Shown here in pieces: positions 34,796-47,194 of a stretch of 54,549 nt of DNA. The position numbers and the translations under genes are program-made. Under the pieces are notes generated by a model, which worked only from the letters and a program-made list of their open reading frames with translations, was not told where the DNA came from and did no database searches. Position 1 is the stretch's first letter; each line of letters starts with the position of its first letter. Source of the stretch: Chiloscyllium plagiosum (Eukaryota); assembly GCF_004010195.1 (NCBI RefSeq), contig NC_057718.1:17558430-17612978 (forward strand), read 5' to 3'.

Positions 34796-35453
34796 GAACC
34801 CTGAGTGTCTTGGAAGAAATTCATTCTCTTCTTCAAGCGGCAAAGGCATTGAGGTGCCAACATTCACCGTGTTCATCTCAAATGCTGAGGTATCTTGGAA
34901 TGCTTGACGGAGAGGGAGAACCCATGAATTCCAGAACAGTCAGAAAGGCAGTCGATGAGCTGGACACATTTTGTTCCTGCACCGTTTGTGAGTTTGCAGC
35001 TTTCATATGGTCCATATGGTTGTTCAGGACTAGTTGTTCACAGTTGTTGCATCTATGTAAACTTTATACATGGCTGGACCTGACTTCGCATTGACCATGC
35101 CTCTTATCCATGCAAGACCGTTCCCATGGGAACCCTGAGTGTCTTGGAAGAAATTCATTCTCTTCTTCAAGCGGCAAAGGCATTGAGGTGCCAACATTCA
35201 CCGTGTTCATCTCAAATGCTGAGGTATCTTGGAATGCTTGACGGAGAGGGAGAACCCATGAATTCCAGAACAGTCAGAAAGGCAGTCGATGATTTTGTTC
35301 CTGCACCGTTTGTGAGTTTGCAGCTTTCATATGGTCCACATGGTTGTTCAGGACTAGTTGTTCACAGTTGTTGCATCTATGTAAACTTTATACATGGCTG
35401 GACCTGACTTCGCATTGACCATGCCTCTTATCCATGCAAGACCGTTCCCATGG
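34796..35453. repeat. Near-identical tandem duplication (334 bp + 324 bp) within the Gypsy internal region
   Basis: 34796-35129 and 35130-35453 differ by a 10-bp deletion and one visible substitution. Confidence 0.95.
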
Positions 35454-36397
35454 CACCTACACCGAACCTCGTCCCCTGAAGTGATCTGTCTGTCTCACAT
35501 GACAGAGTCTTATGACTGGCATTGTCTCTTTGATGCCACTTTACCCTCCCCCTACCCCCACAAGATTTGGACCAGATTAACAACCCCAATCAGGGAATTT
35601 ATATTCCCTGACTGATCTCAACACAATTACTACATGGTCCTTTAAGGATGTCTCTACCCCATGAACATTACCGTCAGTTCTTTCGTCTCTCAGATGGTGG
35701 CTTGGCAGATGCGCATTTCCAGAACTTGACCATTACTAAATTCAAATCCAACCAAGATTTTAGCATTTAATCCAGCTATGATAAATTGTTGGTTATCTGT
35801 TTGCGGATAGTGAGATGTGCGCAGTGTCTGTTGACAGGGTGAACTGTGATTGTATTTCAGAATGAATTAATTTCCACAGACACACTGTGGGACACTGTGA
35901 GAGTGTGAAAGGCACCACATGCATTCCTGCTTTACTGTCTTTAACATCTTCATCAACTCTTGTAATTGCTGATTATCCCCATCATTGCAGTCACACCTAC
36001 TTGTACATTTGCATTTTGCTGAATCCGCACATCAATAAATTGTGCTGTTAACCTGTAACCTTATCAAAATATGCATGAAAGTCCGTAGGGGCCAAAACTC
36101 CTTTACATTTATATAGAGCATTGATCAAGCACCATGCTGATTAGTTCCTTCCTAATGGTCCTCTGCATTGTGAAAACAAGACACAGTCTCTGGATGAAAT
36201 AATGCAGAGTGTTAATAAGGAAATGAATGTGTCTGTGTGAGGGAATAAGGAACAGAGAAAAGAAATAGCCAGCCTGCTCAGAGGGAATACAAGAACTCTA
36301 AATTAAATTGGTGAACTTGAGAGTTAATTTTAACCCTGCAGAAATCAGGGAGCGAGTAGGTAAAATGGCCGTTGGGACTTCAATACACAGTTCAGGT

Positions 36398-36722
36398 CTG
36401 TTCCAGATACCCCTGCCAACCACACATAGCTGTGTGCTGGACACTGTCCTGAATCTACTGCCAGCCACATGTAGCTTTGTGCTGGGGAGTGTTCATCTGA
36501 ATCTACACCCAAACACACATGGCTATGTGCTGAAGACTGTTCCTGAATCTTCTCCCAGCCATATGTAGCTGTGTGCTAGAGACTGTCCTGAACATACTCA
36601 GGACCCTGGGTGTATCACAGCTAAAAGGCCTTAGACAGCGACTTCCCACCATTGCCCTTCTGTGGTTGCTGCTCCTTCACATGTTGCATTGCCCAGCAGG
36701 TAGCTGTGTGCTGGGGACTGTT
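36398..36722. repeat. Minisatellite, about 43-bp unit, 5-6 diverged copies, interrupted at 36602-36698
   Basis: Recurring CCAGCCACATGTAGCTGTGTGCTGGAGACTGTTCCTGAATCT. Confidence 0.85.
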
Positions 36723-36904
36723 ATTTTCACAAGGTACCAATTTCTGCTATCCCAGTTACCCATCCTTACCCCACTTCACTCACCCTTGGCTGACATCACT
36801 ATGACAGAGATTTCAGATTTCCTGAGCTTCACAATGCTGAGCATTGGACACTTTGTCTTCCTCTACTGCAGCCCCTCATCATCAAGTGATTCTCATTCCG
36901 TATT

Positions 36905-37077
36905 CATGATTTGGAGATGCCGGTGTTGGACTGGGGTGTACAAAGTTAAAAATCACACAACACCAGGTTATGGTCCAACAGGTTTAATTGGAAGCACTAG
37001 CTTTCGGAGCGCTCCGAAAGCTAGTGCTTCCAATTAAACTGTGGGACTATAACCTGGTGTTGTGTGATTTTTAACTT
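36905..37077. mobile_element. Penelope-derived near-perfect palindrome
   Basis: Loopless centre TAGCTTTCGGAGC|GCTCCGAAAGCTA at about 37010, with arms of about 66 bp. Imperfect TSD TCATTCCGTATT / TCATTCTTTATT. Confidence 0.85.
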
Positions 37078-37189
37078 CATTCTTTATTACCATTGAATCT
37101 CAGACTCTATTAATTCAACAAAGGTGTAACAAATCATGCAAAAGCATACTTGGCCTTTTTAGTCTGCTTCTCAGCTGGCAGGTATACTT

Positions 37190-37970
37190 ACATTGTTGAT
37201 TCCTGGAGCATTTTCAGGAGGAACTGGTGGGATAGTGCACACATTTATGTTTTGGAAGGGTGAAGATTGGGAAACATGGCGCCGCACTATCCTGTCCGGT
37301 CATCCCAGAAATCTCATTCTTTATCTGAGAAATATCCAGAACCTGTGCTCTACAGCCATTCACAGCAATGCACAATGAGGCAAGCATCAACTGCAGCTGG
37401 AGGACCATCAACTCAGTGAAGGATGCTCTTAGTCCTACCCCAAACGTGCTGGTCGTCCAGTGCAGAGAGTTGGCCTTGATTGATTGTTACAGACTGAGGC
37501 CAAGCGCAATGTGCTGGGCAATGCAACATGTGACAGGGCAGCAACCACAGAAGGGCAATGGTGGGAAGTCGCTGTCTAAGGCCTTTTAACTGTGAAACAT
37601 CCAGGGTCTTGAAACCATAGAGCCAAGTGGATATGTGTAAGCTGAATGAATGAGACATCCTCGAATAAATGAGTAATGCTTAATGAGAAATGTACACGAT
37701 GAACATCAGGGATATTGAAACTATATTGAGGTACCTCATTTCTATTGCACCTTCTGTAATTACTTGCTTTGAAATGTTTTGCCATTGGGGTATATACCTG
37801 ACATGGAATATGTATTGTAACTGTTAAGAGTATCACAATTGAAATAAGGCAGCTAATAGAGCAGCATGGGAATGGAAACAAGTTGAATTTTATTGCACTT
37901 TAATTTTCAAGTCCAAATGGTTTGTAATGTACTTTTGAAAATTTTATGAATAAAGTACATTTCTGAAAAA
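37190..37970 (+). mobile_element. Old Tx1-clade LINE 3' end (different family from the array)
   Basis: WRTINSVKDAL...NVLVVQCRELALIDCYRL C-terminal pattern, an AT-rich 3' UTR and AATAAAGTACATTTCTGAAAAA end. Confidence 0.65.
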
Positions 37971-39874
37971 GCAAACATACTGAACACTGATTAGATTTGG
38001 AAAACCTCAATTTAGTATTTAATTAAGGCCTCAATGTATGGGAGATGGCAGAGTGAAATTTCCCGAATAAAAGGAATAGGATAGTTAATCACAATGGAGA
38101 CGTTTAAGAAGATTCCATAAATATAAAATTATTTTTTCAGGACTACATCCATTAATCAGCAATAGATATTATACAGAGCACTGTTTATATATACTCTGTG
38201 CAATCAAGGGTTTTTAAAAAGGGTTTCTAATGGCAATATTACACGGGAAGGAGTTCTTCTCATATCTGCTGACATTCCCGGGTTGATGGCGAAGGGTGAG
38301 TGGGGTTTAGGTGAAGTAGTGAGTGACAGACGGCAAACCCTGGGCCTTCCCTATTTATCTGCTATGCAGTAATGAACATTGATGATACACTGTCAAAATT
38401 CCCTGCAAAATCTGGACCACTGTCATTTAGACTTCTCTTCTGGTGATCCAAATTTCCCTTTAAAAAGTAGGCTGACTGGCAGCTATGTGCCAAACATTCC
38501 CTGCAGGAATTCTCTCAAGAAAACAGCCAATTTAAAATCAAAGAACCATGGAGGGGAGAACAGGACTTTGCGTCTTCGCAGATGCTCCGATTAAACTGCT
38601 TCATTTATCAGTTTGCTAACTTATCTCCGCAAGGCGAGCATAAGAAAGAAATGCTGATCAGTTATTTATTTTATCAGTCATCCAAGAAAAGCAGAAGGGA
38701 TACAGTTCAATTGCTGTGCATGTTGGTGTCCAGGCTATTCTGCTCATATTCTTGAATGCAAACTACTGAAGGTGGTCACTTGAGGGCGACATCTGTAAGT
38801 TAAATGAGCGGGAAACCTAGGGTGAAAGTAGCACAAGTCTGAGAAGCTACAGGAATACTACTTCCTGTTTGTTGTCTTGTAGACTTTCTCTGTGGCTTGT
38901 CAGGGATGGCTTAGTTCATTAATGGTCAATAATGCACTGATAGACACTGTGCTCAGATGTAAACTTGATGTGATGTGGATTGATAAGCAAGTGACTCCAG
39001 TGCACGATGGCTGGACACAGCAAATTCATAGTCAGAATTTCTGCGTGGAGGTGCTATTTTAAAATAATCACTTTTGGGATGTCAGTGCCTCTGGTGCATG
39101 GTTAGGAGGGAAGCCAAGAGGGTTGGTGTCCCTAAAATACTAATGTGCTTGTCCTCTTGGCAGTATGTAGAGTCAGGGAAGGGGGTTGCTGGAACGATAA
39201 CCTTCGTGAACTAACACACTGGATGTTCTAGATCATCCATTCTGTAGACAGCACTGAAACTGGAGTAGGTCAATTCTACTGTATGCAGAGCAACCTTTAC
39301 ATAATGTTGAGTAACAGATCACTCGGCTATCCTTTTAGCTAGATAATTAGTGACTCATGCCATGAGGAAGTTGAACACAGGGCTTAAGAAAACTAATTGA
39401 ACCAGTGAGACGATGGAGGGGAAGGTTTGAAAATGGATTTTGTGAGGATATCTTGCAAGGTTTGGACATATTAACAAATTGCCTTTGTTGCTTATGACTT
39501 CAGTGGAACCCTTTTCAACATGTTAGGATGTAAAAAACTTTCAGCAGCTTGTATGTCCTGATATTGTTGACAAGTGCATAGGATTTTCCAAACCGTATTA
39601 TTTAAGAGCTGCAATGAAACACTCAAGTTATATGCGTCTCCAAAATTAAAGTAGATCTTATTGTGAATGTACACCCATACATTTCCTGAAACAAAACTGT
39701 AATAAAATGCAGTTGGCCCAATGTACTTCTACTGAAACATCATTGGGTGCTTCTACAGGACACTGGAGATTCTGAGACCCTTTGTGCTCTGACCATCTCC
39801 TGCATACAATGACTCCCCATAGCATCACCAGACCAAATCAATGTGTTCATAGACTTAACTGCTGAGATACAAGG

Positions 39875-40078
39875 CTGAAAATGTGTTGTTGGAAAAGCGC
39901 AGCAGGTCAGGCAGCATCCAAGGAGCAGGAGAATCGACGTTTCGGGCATGAGCCCTTCTTCAGGAATCCTGCCCGAAACGTCGATTCTCCTGCTCCTTGG
40001 ATGCTGCCTGACCTGCTGTGCTTTTCCAGCAACACATTTTCAGCTCTGATCTCCAACATCTGCAGTCCTCACTTTCCC
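39875..40078. mobile_element. Penelope-derived fold-back element with TSD
   Basis: Same family as 10072 and 14370. TSD CTGCTGAGATACAAGG / CTGCTAAGATACAAGG. Confidence 0.85.
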
Positions 40079-40439
40079 CTGCTAAGATACAAGGGCATTC
40101 CTCTTAACAGCAACTCATTATTGTGCAAAGGTTAAAGCTACATTGTGTTGAACAGAAGATTAATTGACTAGATTTTGCGGTCAGTGGTGAAGCAATGACA
40201 TTTGCTGCTGACCTCAAAAGCTGCCCACAAAAATGGCACAATCTGTTTGGCATGGATTTCCCCTTTCATTTGGTTGTTAAAACTTGTACTAAGTCAATGG
40301 GAACTCCAGGCATCAAGTAACAGTGGTATCAGTAAACATGTAAACAAACAATCACATTAAATTATTCTTACAGCAAATCAGGAAATTAAAAGCTCCGAAT
40401 TATTAACTTTACACTAAAAGTTACAGCTAGCAGAATAAA

Positions 40440-41420
40440 TTATGTTGCTGGACTAGTAATCCAGATGCTCAGACTGATGTTTGAAAGACATGTTCAAAGT
40501 CTACCATCACAGCCAGGGCATTTAAATTCAATTAATTAATAAATCTGAAATATGTTTCTCATCTTGTTGAAATACATAGAATACATAGAATCTCTATAGT
40601 GTGCAAACGGGCCATTAGTCCAACAAGTCCACACTGATCCCCTGAATAGTAACCTACCCAACATATACCCCTGACTAACGCATCTAACCTACACATCCCT
40701 GAACATTTCAGGCAATTTAGCATGGCCAATTCACCTTTGGATTGTGGGTGAAAACCAGAGGAGGAAACCCACACAGATACGGGGAGAATGTGCAAACTCC
40801 ACACAGACAGTCAAATGATCATGAAGCTGGAGGATTGTCACTAAGCAGAAAAGGTATCCAGTTCACTAATATTTTTTCTTGAAGGAAATCTGATGCCTGG
40901 TCTGAGCTACATGTGACTCCAGACCCACACCAGTGTTACTGACTTTTATAAGCTCTCTGATATGGTCTAGCAAGCCACTTGATTGAAGTGCAGGAAGATG
41001 CGAGGTTGTGCAGTAAGAAAAGAAGGGCTGAATATTAAAAAAGAGTGGGTGGCACGGTGGCACAGTGATTAGCACTGTTGTCTCACAACACCAGGGACCC
41101 GGGTTCACTTCCCGCCTCAGGCAACTGCATGTGTGGAGTTTGCACATTCTCCCCGTGTCTGCGTGGGTTTCCTCCGGGTGCTCCGGTCTCCTCCCACAGT
41201 CCAAAGATGTGCAGGTTAGGTGAATTGGCCATACTAAATTGCCTGTAGTGTTAGGTGAAGGGGTAAATGTAGGGGGAGGGTCTAGGTGGGTTGTTCTTCA
41301 GAGGATCTGTGTGGACCTTTTGGGCCGAAGGGCCTGTTTCCACACTGTAAGTAATCTAACCTAATCATCATCTGTTCAAGAGCAACTAGGGAGGAGGATT
41401 AATACTCAGGTCCCAAGAAT
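40440..41420. mobile_element. tRNA-SINE (family of 34326-34541) split by two HE1 SINEs (about 40575-40812 minus, 41049-41365 plus)
   Basis: GGACTAGTAATCCAGA head and CCAGTTCACTAAT...GAAGGAAATCTG...CTACATGTGACTCCAGACC body. HE1 head GGCACGGTGGCACAGTGATTAGCACTG at 41052. Confidence 0.8.
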
Positions 41421-41464
41421 AAATAAAAATAGAAGCTAAAATAAAGATAAACTTTAAAAAGTTG

Positions 41465-41996
41465 TAAGAAAGGGTGCAGAGGAGATTTACTAGGATGTTG
41501 CCGAGTGTGGAGGGAAGGTCTTATGAGGAAAGGTTGTGGTTTGTATCAATATTGCAATCACAAAGTGAATTTTAACTTTGTAGAATGTCAAATTTCTCAA
41601 TAATAATCCGATATTACAATATTTAGAACATAGAACGTACTTAATTGAGACATCTAAGATAATCAGAGGGTTAGATAGGGTGAACAGTGAGAGCTTTTTT
41701 CCTCAGATGGTGATGGCTAGCACAAGGGGACATAGCTTTAAATTGAGGGGTGATAGACATAGGACAGATGTCAGAGGTAGTTTCTTTACTCAGAGAGCAG
41801 TAGGTGCGTGGAATGCACTGCCTGCACCAATAGTAGACTCACCAACCTTATTGGCATTTAAATGGTCATTGGATAAACATATGGATGAAAATAGAATAGT
41901 GTAGGATAGATGGGCTTCAGATTGGTTCCATAGGATGGCGCAACATCGAGGGCAAAGGTCTGTACTGCGCTGTAATGTTCTACGTTCTATGTTCTA
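41465..41996 (+). mobile_element. CR1/HER1 3' end containing an inverted copy of its own 3' flank
   Basis: RVQRRFTRML...TRGHSFKLRG...FFTQRAVGAWNALP, then a (TGTTCTA)n tail. 41533-41639 is the reverse complement of 41981-42087. Confidence 0.9.
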
Positions 41997-43455
41997 AATA
42001 TTGTAATATCGGATCATTATTGAGAAATTTGACATTCTACAAAGTTAAAATTCACTTTGTGATTGCAATATTGATACAAACCACAACAGCATACCTCCAG
42101 AGAAAAAGACTAATCAATGACAGCAACGTCTGGATTTCCGTGTTATTTTGCTTGTATGTGGAGTCCAAAAGTCGCTGTCAGTTTCAGAGGAGTAATGATG
42201 GTGAAGTGCTGCTAAGTTTTACTCTAATTACAACTGCTACAGGCCAGATACAACGTTCTCAACATGCTATATCCCATACATATGATGCCAAATGTAACAG
42301 TTGTAAGCCCAAACGCTTCTTGCTAGGCCTATACCTGATATTTAATTATCCATTTAAATCAAATTGATCTCAATTGTGAAAGACTTCTTAGTGAATAAAG
42401 ATTTAGTTTTACTTAAAGCTTATTTAATGCTTTCACTTTCAGTAATACTTTCCTCAGTATAGTCTCCATGGTAAAGACATAATGGAATCCAATCACAAAT
42501 TTTCCAGTCATTTTGCACTGACCAGTCATGTTTACTTTATAAGTTTCAGGTAAAGTGACACTACTGTTTCTGAACAGTCCCTGCTCGCTTTACTCCTGTC
42601 ACTGAGATAAATGATCCTTTTATGGTACAGTTTGATGCAATCTGTGTCTTGGGAAACTGTGGACCAAAGCAAGATCCCCTACATCACTGCATAGCCAAGC
42701 TCTTACACAGATCAGGTGTAGAAGGTGGCATGGCTGGATTAGTCATGCGAGAGAAACTGAGAGTCCCTACAGGAAGCAGAGTGGGAGAAAGGTAGCTGTG
42801 GGAATTGGTGAATAATATCTGATGTTGGTGAATAGCCTCTGTCCAGAACTAGAGCAAAAGGAATCAAGAAAAGGAAACAAATGACTCAGGGAAAGACCAA
42901 ATGAAAATATGGAAGGGGTGGAGAGAAATTAGCACCAACTCTAAACAGATTTTCCAAATCAGGTTTAGGACAGGAAACAAAAATGTTACCAACATGCTGA
43001 AAAAAAGAGGTTAGGAAGGAGACTTGAATTAGATTGTGAGAAAGCATGTCCCCGCACAACCCACAAAAAGGCAGGTATCACCAGGCCAGGTTCCCATGGC
43101 AACACCTTTTGGTGATAATTAGTGTGTCTTCTGGCTCATCCTTCAAGGCCAAGAAGATCATTTTCATCAATCGGGAGGTTTCAGAGGGTTCTGGTGGGTA
43201 TGGAGAAGACCGACCTGTTTCGGAAGTTTCTGCTGTAAATATGACAGCCTAGCCTAGAGGGCTGAGTTCCAGGTGAACTGATATGCTTCACTTCAAAGGA
43301 GAACACAGCATCTTTTACTTGATTGCACCAGATGCAGTGATCCTGGAAAATCTACTCTTAGGTGATCAACTGTCCTGTGTTTTGCATATTTGTGACTAAA
43401 ATGTTTCCAGTCCAACATTGAATCACTGGCTTCCTTTCTTTGGTCTTTGTGTTTC

Positions 43456-43818
43456 ATAGAATCGTCGTAGAATCATAGAATCCCTACAATGTGAAAGCAA
43501 GCCATTCGGCTCATCAAGTTCCAAACTTCCGAAAAGCATCCTACCCAGATACAACCCCCTATCCTATCCCTGTAACCCTGCATTTCTCATGGCTAATCCA
43601 CCTAACCTACATATCCCTGGACACTATGGGCAATTTAGCACGGCCAATCCTGCACAGCTTTGGACTGTGGGAAGAAACTGGAGCACCCAGAGGAAACCCG
43701 CGCACACACAGGGAGAAGGTGCAAACTCCACACTGACAGTCACCATGAGGGTGGAATCAAACCTGGGGTGCTTGGTGCTGTGAGACATCAGTGCTCCCCA
43801 CTGAGTCACTGTGCTGCC
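43456..43818 (-). mobile_element. HE1-type V-SINE
   Basis: Reverse-complement tRNA head, V-domain and (GATTCTAT)n tail. Confidence 0.85.
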
Positions 43819-44009
43819 AACTGTGCCGTTTGTGCCATTGCATCTCCTGGTGGTACACTCTCACAATTTTTCACCTCTGTTTAGTCGTGAGGTTGGTCTT
43901 TAGTCCATTGTAGGTTTGATTGTCAAGGTCGATGGATGTCCTGATATATAGAGCACTTCTTGCCCTACATTCTATACCACAGTGAGATCTGGATTGTGTT
44001 TCAATGACA

Positions 44010-44478
44010 CATAAGGATTGCAGATGCTGGAGAGTCAGAGTTGATAAAGCGTGGCACTGGACAAAGCACAGGAGGTCAGGCAGCATCTGAGGAGCAGGTG
44101 AGTTGGGTAGGACCCTTCATCAGGACTGGGCAGGGGGAAGAGGGCTGAGACATAAATAAGTGGGGTGGGGCGGCGGGACAAGTAGGTCCTCTTTCCTCCG
44201 CAAAGATCTCAGTGAGTCTCCCACTGCAAGCCCCTGGTCATCTCCTCTGCCCTGAATTCACCCTTCCCACCAACCCATCCCAGCCACCTCCTAACTGCAT
44301 CCACCTATCACCATCCCACCTACCTTTCCCCCAGCCCCATCCCCTCCCTCTATTTATTTCTCAGCTCCCTTCCCCCTCCCCTGACCTGATGAAGGGTCCT
44401 CCCTGAAATGTTGACTCTCCTGCTTCTCAGAAGCTGCCTGACCCGCTGTGTTTTTTTCCAGCGCCACACATTATCAAA
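44010..44478. mobile_element. Penelope-derived fold-back element
   Basis: Inverted pLTR arms, GATAAAGCGTGGCACTGG versus CCAGCGCCACACATTATC. CTGATGAAGGGTCCTCCCTGAAATGTTG at 44386. Confidence 0.75.
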
Positions 44479-44479
44479 G

Positions 44480-44960
44480 TTATCAGTAACACATTAGAAC
44501 ACTAGAGAGATTCCACCAGCAACACCCCTCTGTAATCTTTGGTTTCAATGGGAGGGCTGTTGAGCAAATACTAGTGTCCTTCTTGAAGCCAACTTTGTAT
44601 GGATGAAAAGTGTCTGGCCCATCAGTTTTCTGAACTCTCCAGTGGCTAGTGTTCCAGGACAGAGCAAAGAAGATGTGACAAAGGCACTCTGAAGCTCTAC
44701 CAGAAACATGGCAGCACTGATTGGAGCTGAGCGTTTGTTGCCAATCCTTCAAAATGGTGACAACTTGTCCATCAAGCTGTATCATGCTTTGAGTCCAAAT
44801 ACACTCATGATGAGGTACAGCAGCAGGACAGCAGGAAAGAAAAGGAAGCAAAGCCTGCTCACTGGATAGGATATCCTGATAATCTGCCCAAAGATCTGCA
44901 GGTTGAAACTGATCAGTCCCATGATGCCCCATGGCAGAAACCTATGGTCCTGAGGGTAAC
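44480..44960 (-). mobile_element. RTE-clade LINE fragment
   Basis: Degenerate RT C-terminal half; low-resolution recognition. Confidence 0.45.
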
Positions 44961-45609
44961 TCATCCTCAAATTGAGTGAAATCCCCTGTCGATTGTCCAG
45001 TTGGAGATCATCGTTCCGATATCAGACCAGGGAATGGAGTGTTACATGGAATTTATCTACAGCACCGAGGCAAGTCATTTAAACCAATGTGGCAACAGCT
45101 ATGCTGCACATAAGCCTGCATTTGAATATCAGCAAATTAGTATCTAACTGCAACCAGTTAACAGATCTTACCTACACTGTCTCTTCTTTTGATGTGGCGT
45201 CAAGAGAGCTACAGTTTGTCACACATCATTACCTGAATAGCAAGAAAGCAAACAGCTGGTAACAATTCAATTTACACTGCTTCCTGATCCAATGGGTAAA
45301 TGTCTAATGGTCCGTATTCGAGGAACCAGTCCCCCAAGCACTTATTTCTTGGCTCTGTGCTTCGCTGCTATCAAAACTGTCTCCACCAGGGACTTTCAGC
45401 AGCAGTTAGTTCTCAGTCTGCTTGCTTTTAATGTGCTTTTTAATTCAATTGATAGGCAAAGGTGAGTACAGCTCTTAGACTGAATTAGAAAGACTTACAG
45501 CATTCAGTCCAGCTGGCATACATTGGTGTTAGTGCTGTCCATACCATCAGGAGGCTCATGTGGTGCAGTGCCAATGTCCCTACCTCTGAGCTGACCTAGG
45601 TTCTGATCC

Positions 45610-45915
45610 TGGCACGGTGGCACAGTGGTTAGCACTGCTGCCTCACAGCGCCAGGGACCCGGGTTCAATCCTTGCATCAGGTGATAGTCTGTGTGGGGTT
45701 TGCACGTTCTCCCTGTGTCGGTGGGGGGTTTCCCCCAAAATCCAAAGATGTGTATGTCAGGTGAACTGGCCATGCTAAATTGCCGATAGTGTTAGGGGCA
45801 TTAGTCAGGGGTAAATATAGGGTAAGGGAATAGGTCTGGTTGGGTTACTCTTCAGAGGGTTGGTATAGATCTGTTGGGGCGAAGGGCCTGTTTCCATACT
45901 GTAGGGAATCTAATT
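45610..45915 (+). mobile_element. HE1-type V-SINE
   Basis: GGCACGGTGGCACAGTGGTTAGCACTGCTGCCTCACAGCGCCAGGGACCCGGGTTCAATCC head, V-domain and GAAGGGCCTGTTTCCATACTGTAGGGAATCTAAT tail. Confidence 0.9.
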
Positions 45916-47194
45916 TACTCTAATCCTGCCTGCTGTAGAGGTGTGTAATAATATCCCTGAACAGTGTGACAAGGAAAATTTCAACATGAGTTCCACACTG
46001 CTATGAATCTTTGGATCAAGCAATCTCTCCTGAATCTCCAGTTGGATTTCTGATGACCCTACGATGTGGATTCCTCCATTCGGGTGACTCCTCTCCCTTC
46101 ATCCACCTGAGTGAACTGAACTCCTTCACCATTTTAAAAATCACTATTAGGCCAGCCTTCTTATTCTAAAGAAACAGACACAACCTTTCAATCTTTCTTG
46201 AGCTCTCAATTCCATTATCATTCCAGTAGAACTTCTCCAGGGCCACAATTTTCTTTATTGTATGATGGAGCCAGGAATAGTGCTCCATATTCTAAGTCCA
46301 TTAAGTCTCGCCCTTCCCTGGTATTGTCCTCCTGTCACAGTGTTAATGTTCACCAGAGGAGGAGAGAATTTCACTTTGGTGTCTCACCTAAGAATAACAC
46401 AGAATCTTAGGCAAGGCAGTGATACCTAACTGCTGCACCAAATGGCCAGCATCACATTCTCATGTCCTGGTGTGCTACTCAAACCACGACCTTCTGACCC
46501 ACAGGCTACCAACTCAGATGATAGCCATAATATTCTCAATGAAAAGTGGCAAATGTTTAGCAATGCTCAGCATGCCGACCAGCATCTTTGGAGAGAACAA
46601 CCGAATTAATACATTTCCTTGTCCCATTACTACTTCCTTCAGCCTTGCAACACCAACCTTTTCCCATTAACTCTCCCCAGTCGTCCACCCATCACTCTCC
46701 CTTTCGATGTTTTTCCCACCCCCTTTCCCACACCCTGGTTCATTTGATGAAATGCTGTTTTATTTCTAACTTTCCTTGTTGCTAGTGGAAGATCAAATCT
46801 GATTAAATATTCACACTGTTTCTCTCCAATCTTCACAGATGTTGCCTAACCTGCTGAGCATTCTGAGTGTTCACTCTATTAATTTCCAGTTCCCAGAGAC
46901 TGCAGTATTTTACCTTTCTGTCAGCTGACATTTCAACTGATTGATCCTTTTTGTCAAACCCGCACCTAATTAATTACAGCATTTAAAAAGGAACAAGGCT
47001 GAAGGGCGGAGACACAGACCAGAGGTGCTGGGTGTCTAGAACTCATGTCTGAAAGAATGATATAGGTAAGAACCCTCAAGGCAGTTAGAAAGTATTTAGA
47101 TGAACACTTGAAACACCATAGCATACAAGGCTATGGCCAAATGCAGGAAAATGGGATGAGAACAGATCGATGTTTGATAATTGACATTAAAATG

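Larger units (their letters stand above)
34195..35634 (-). mobile_element. Internally deleted Gypsy/Mag-like LTR retrotransposon (partial 5' LTR, integrase C-terminus, PPT, 3' LTR)
   Basis: Minus strand: TGTAGTAATTG at 35634; GDEVRCRCHGNGLAWIRGMVNAKSGPAMYKV...NHMDHMK (GPY/F-type integrase tail); PPT GAGGGGGAGGGA 34669-34658; LTR 34657-34195; TSD TGGCC/TGGTC. Confidence 0.85.

Noticed and set aside
36398..36722. Second CRISPR-like array
   Set aside because: Contiguous diverged 43-bp units without unique spacers.
36905..37077. miRNA precursor or DNA-transposon MITE
   Set aside because: The arms are Penelope pLTR sequence with a long variable TSD and asymmetric ends, unlike TIR elements. No small-RNA evidence.
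41049..41120. tRNA gene
   Set aside because: The A/B boxes belong to the tRNA-derived head of an HE1 SINE; no complete cloverleaf.
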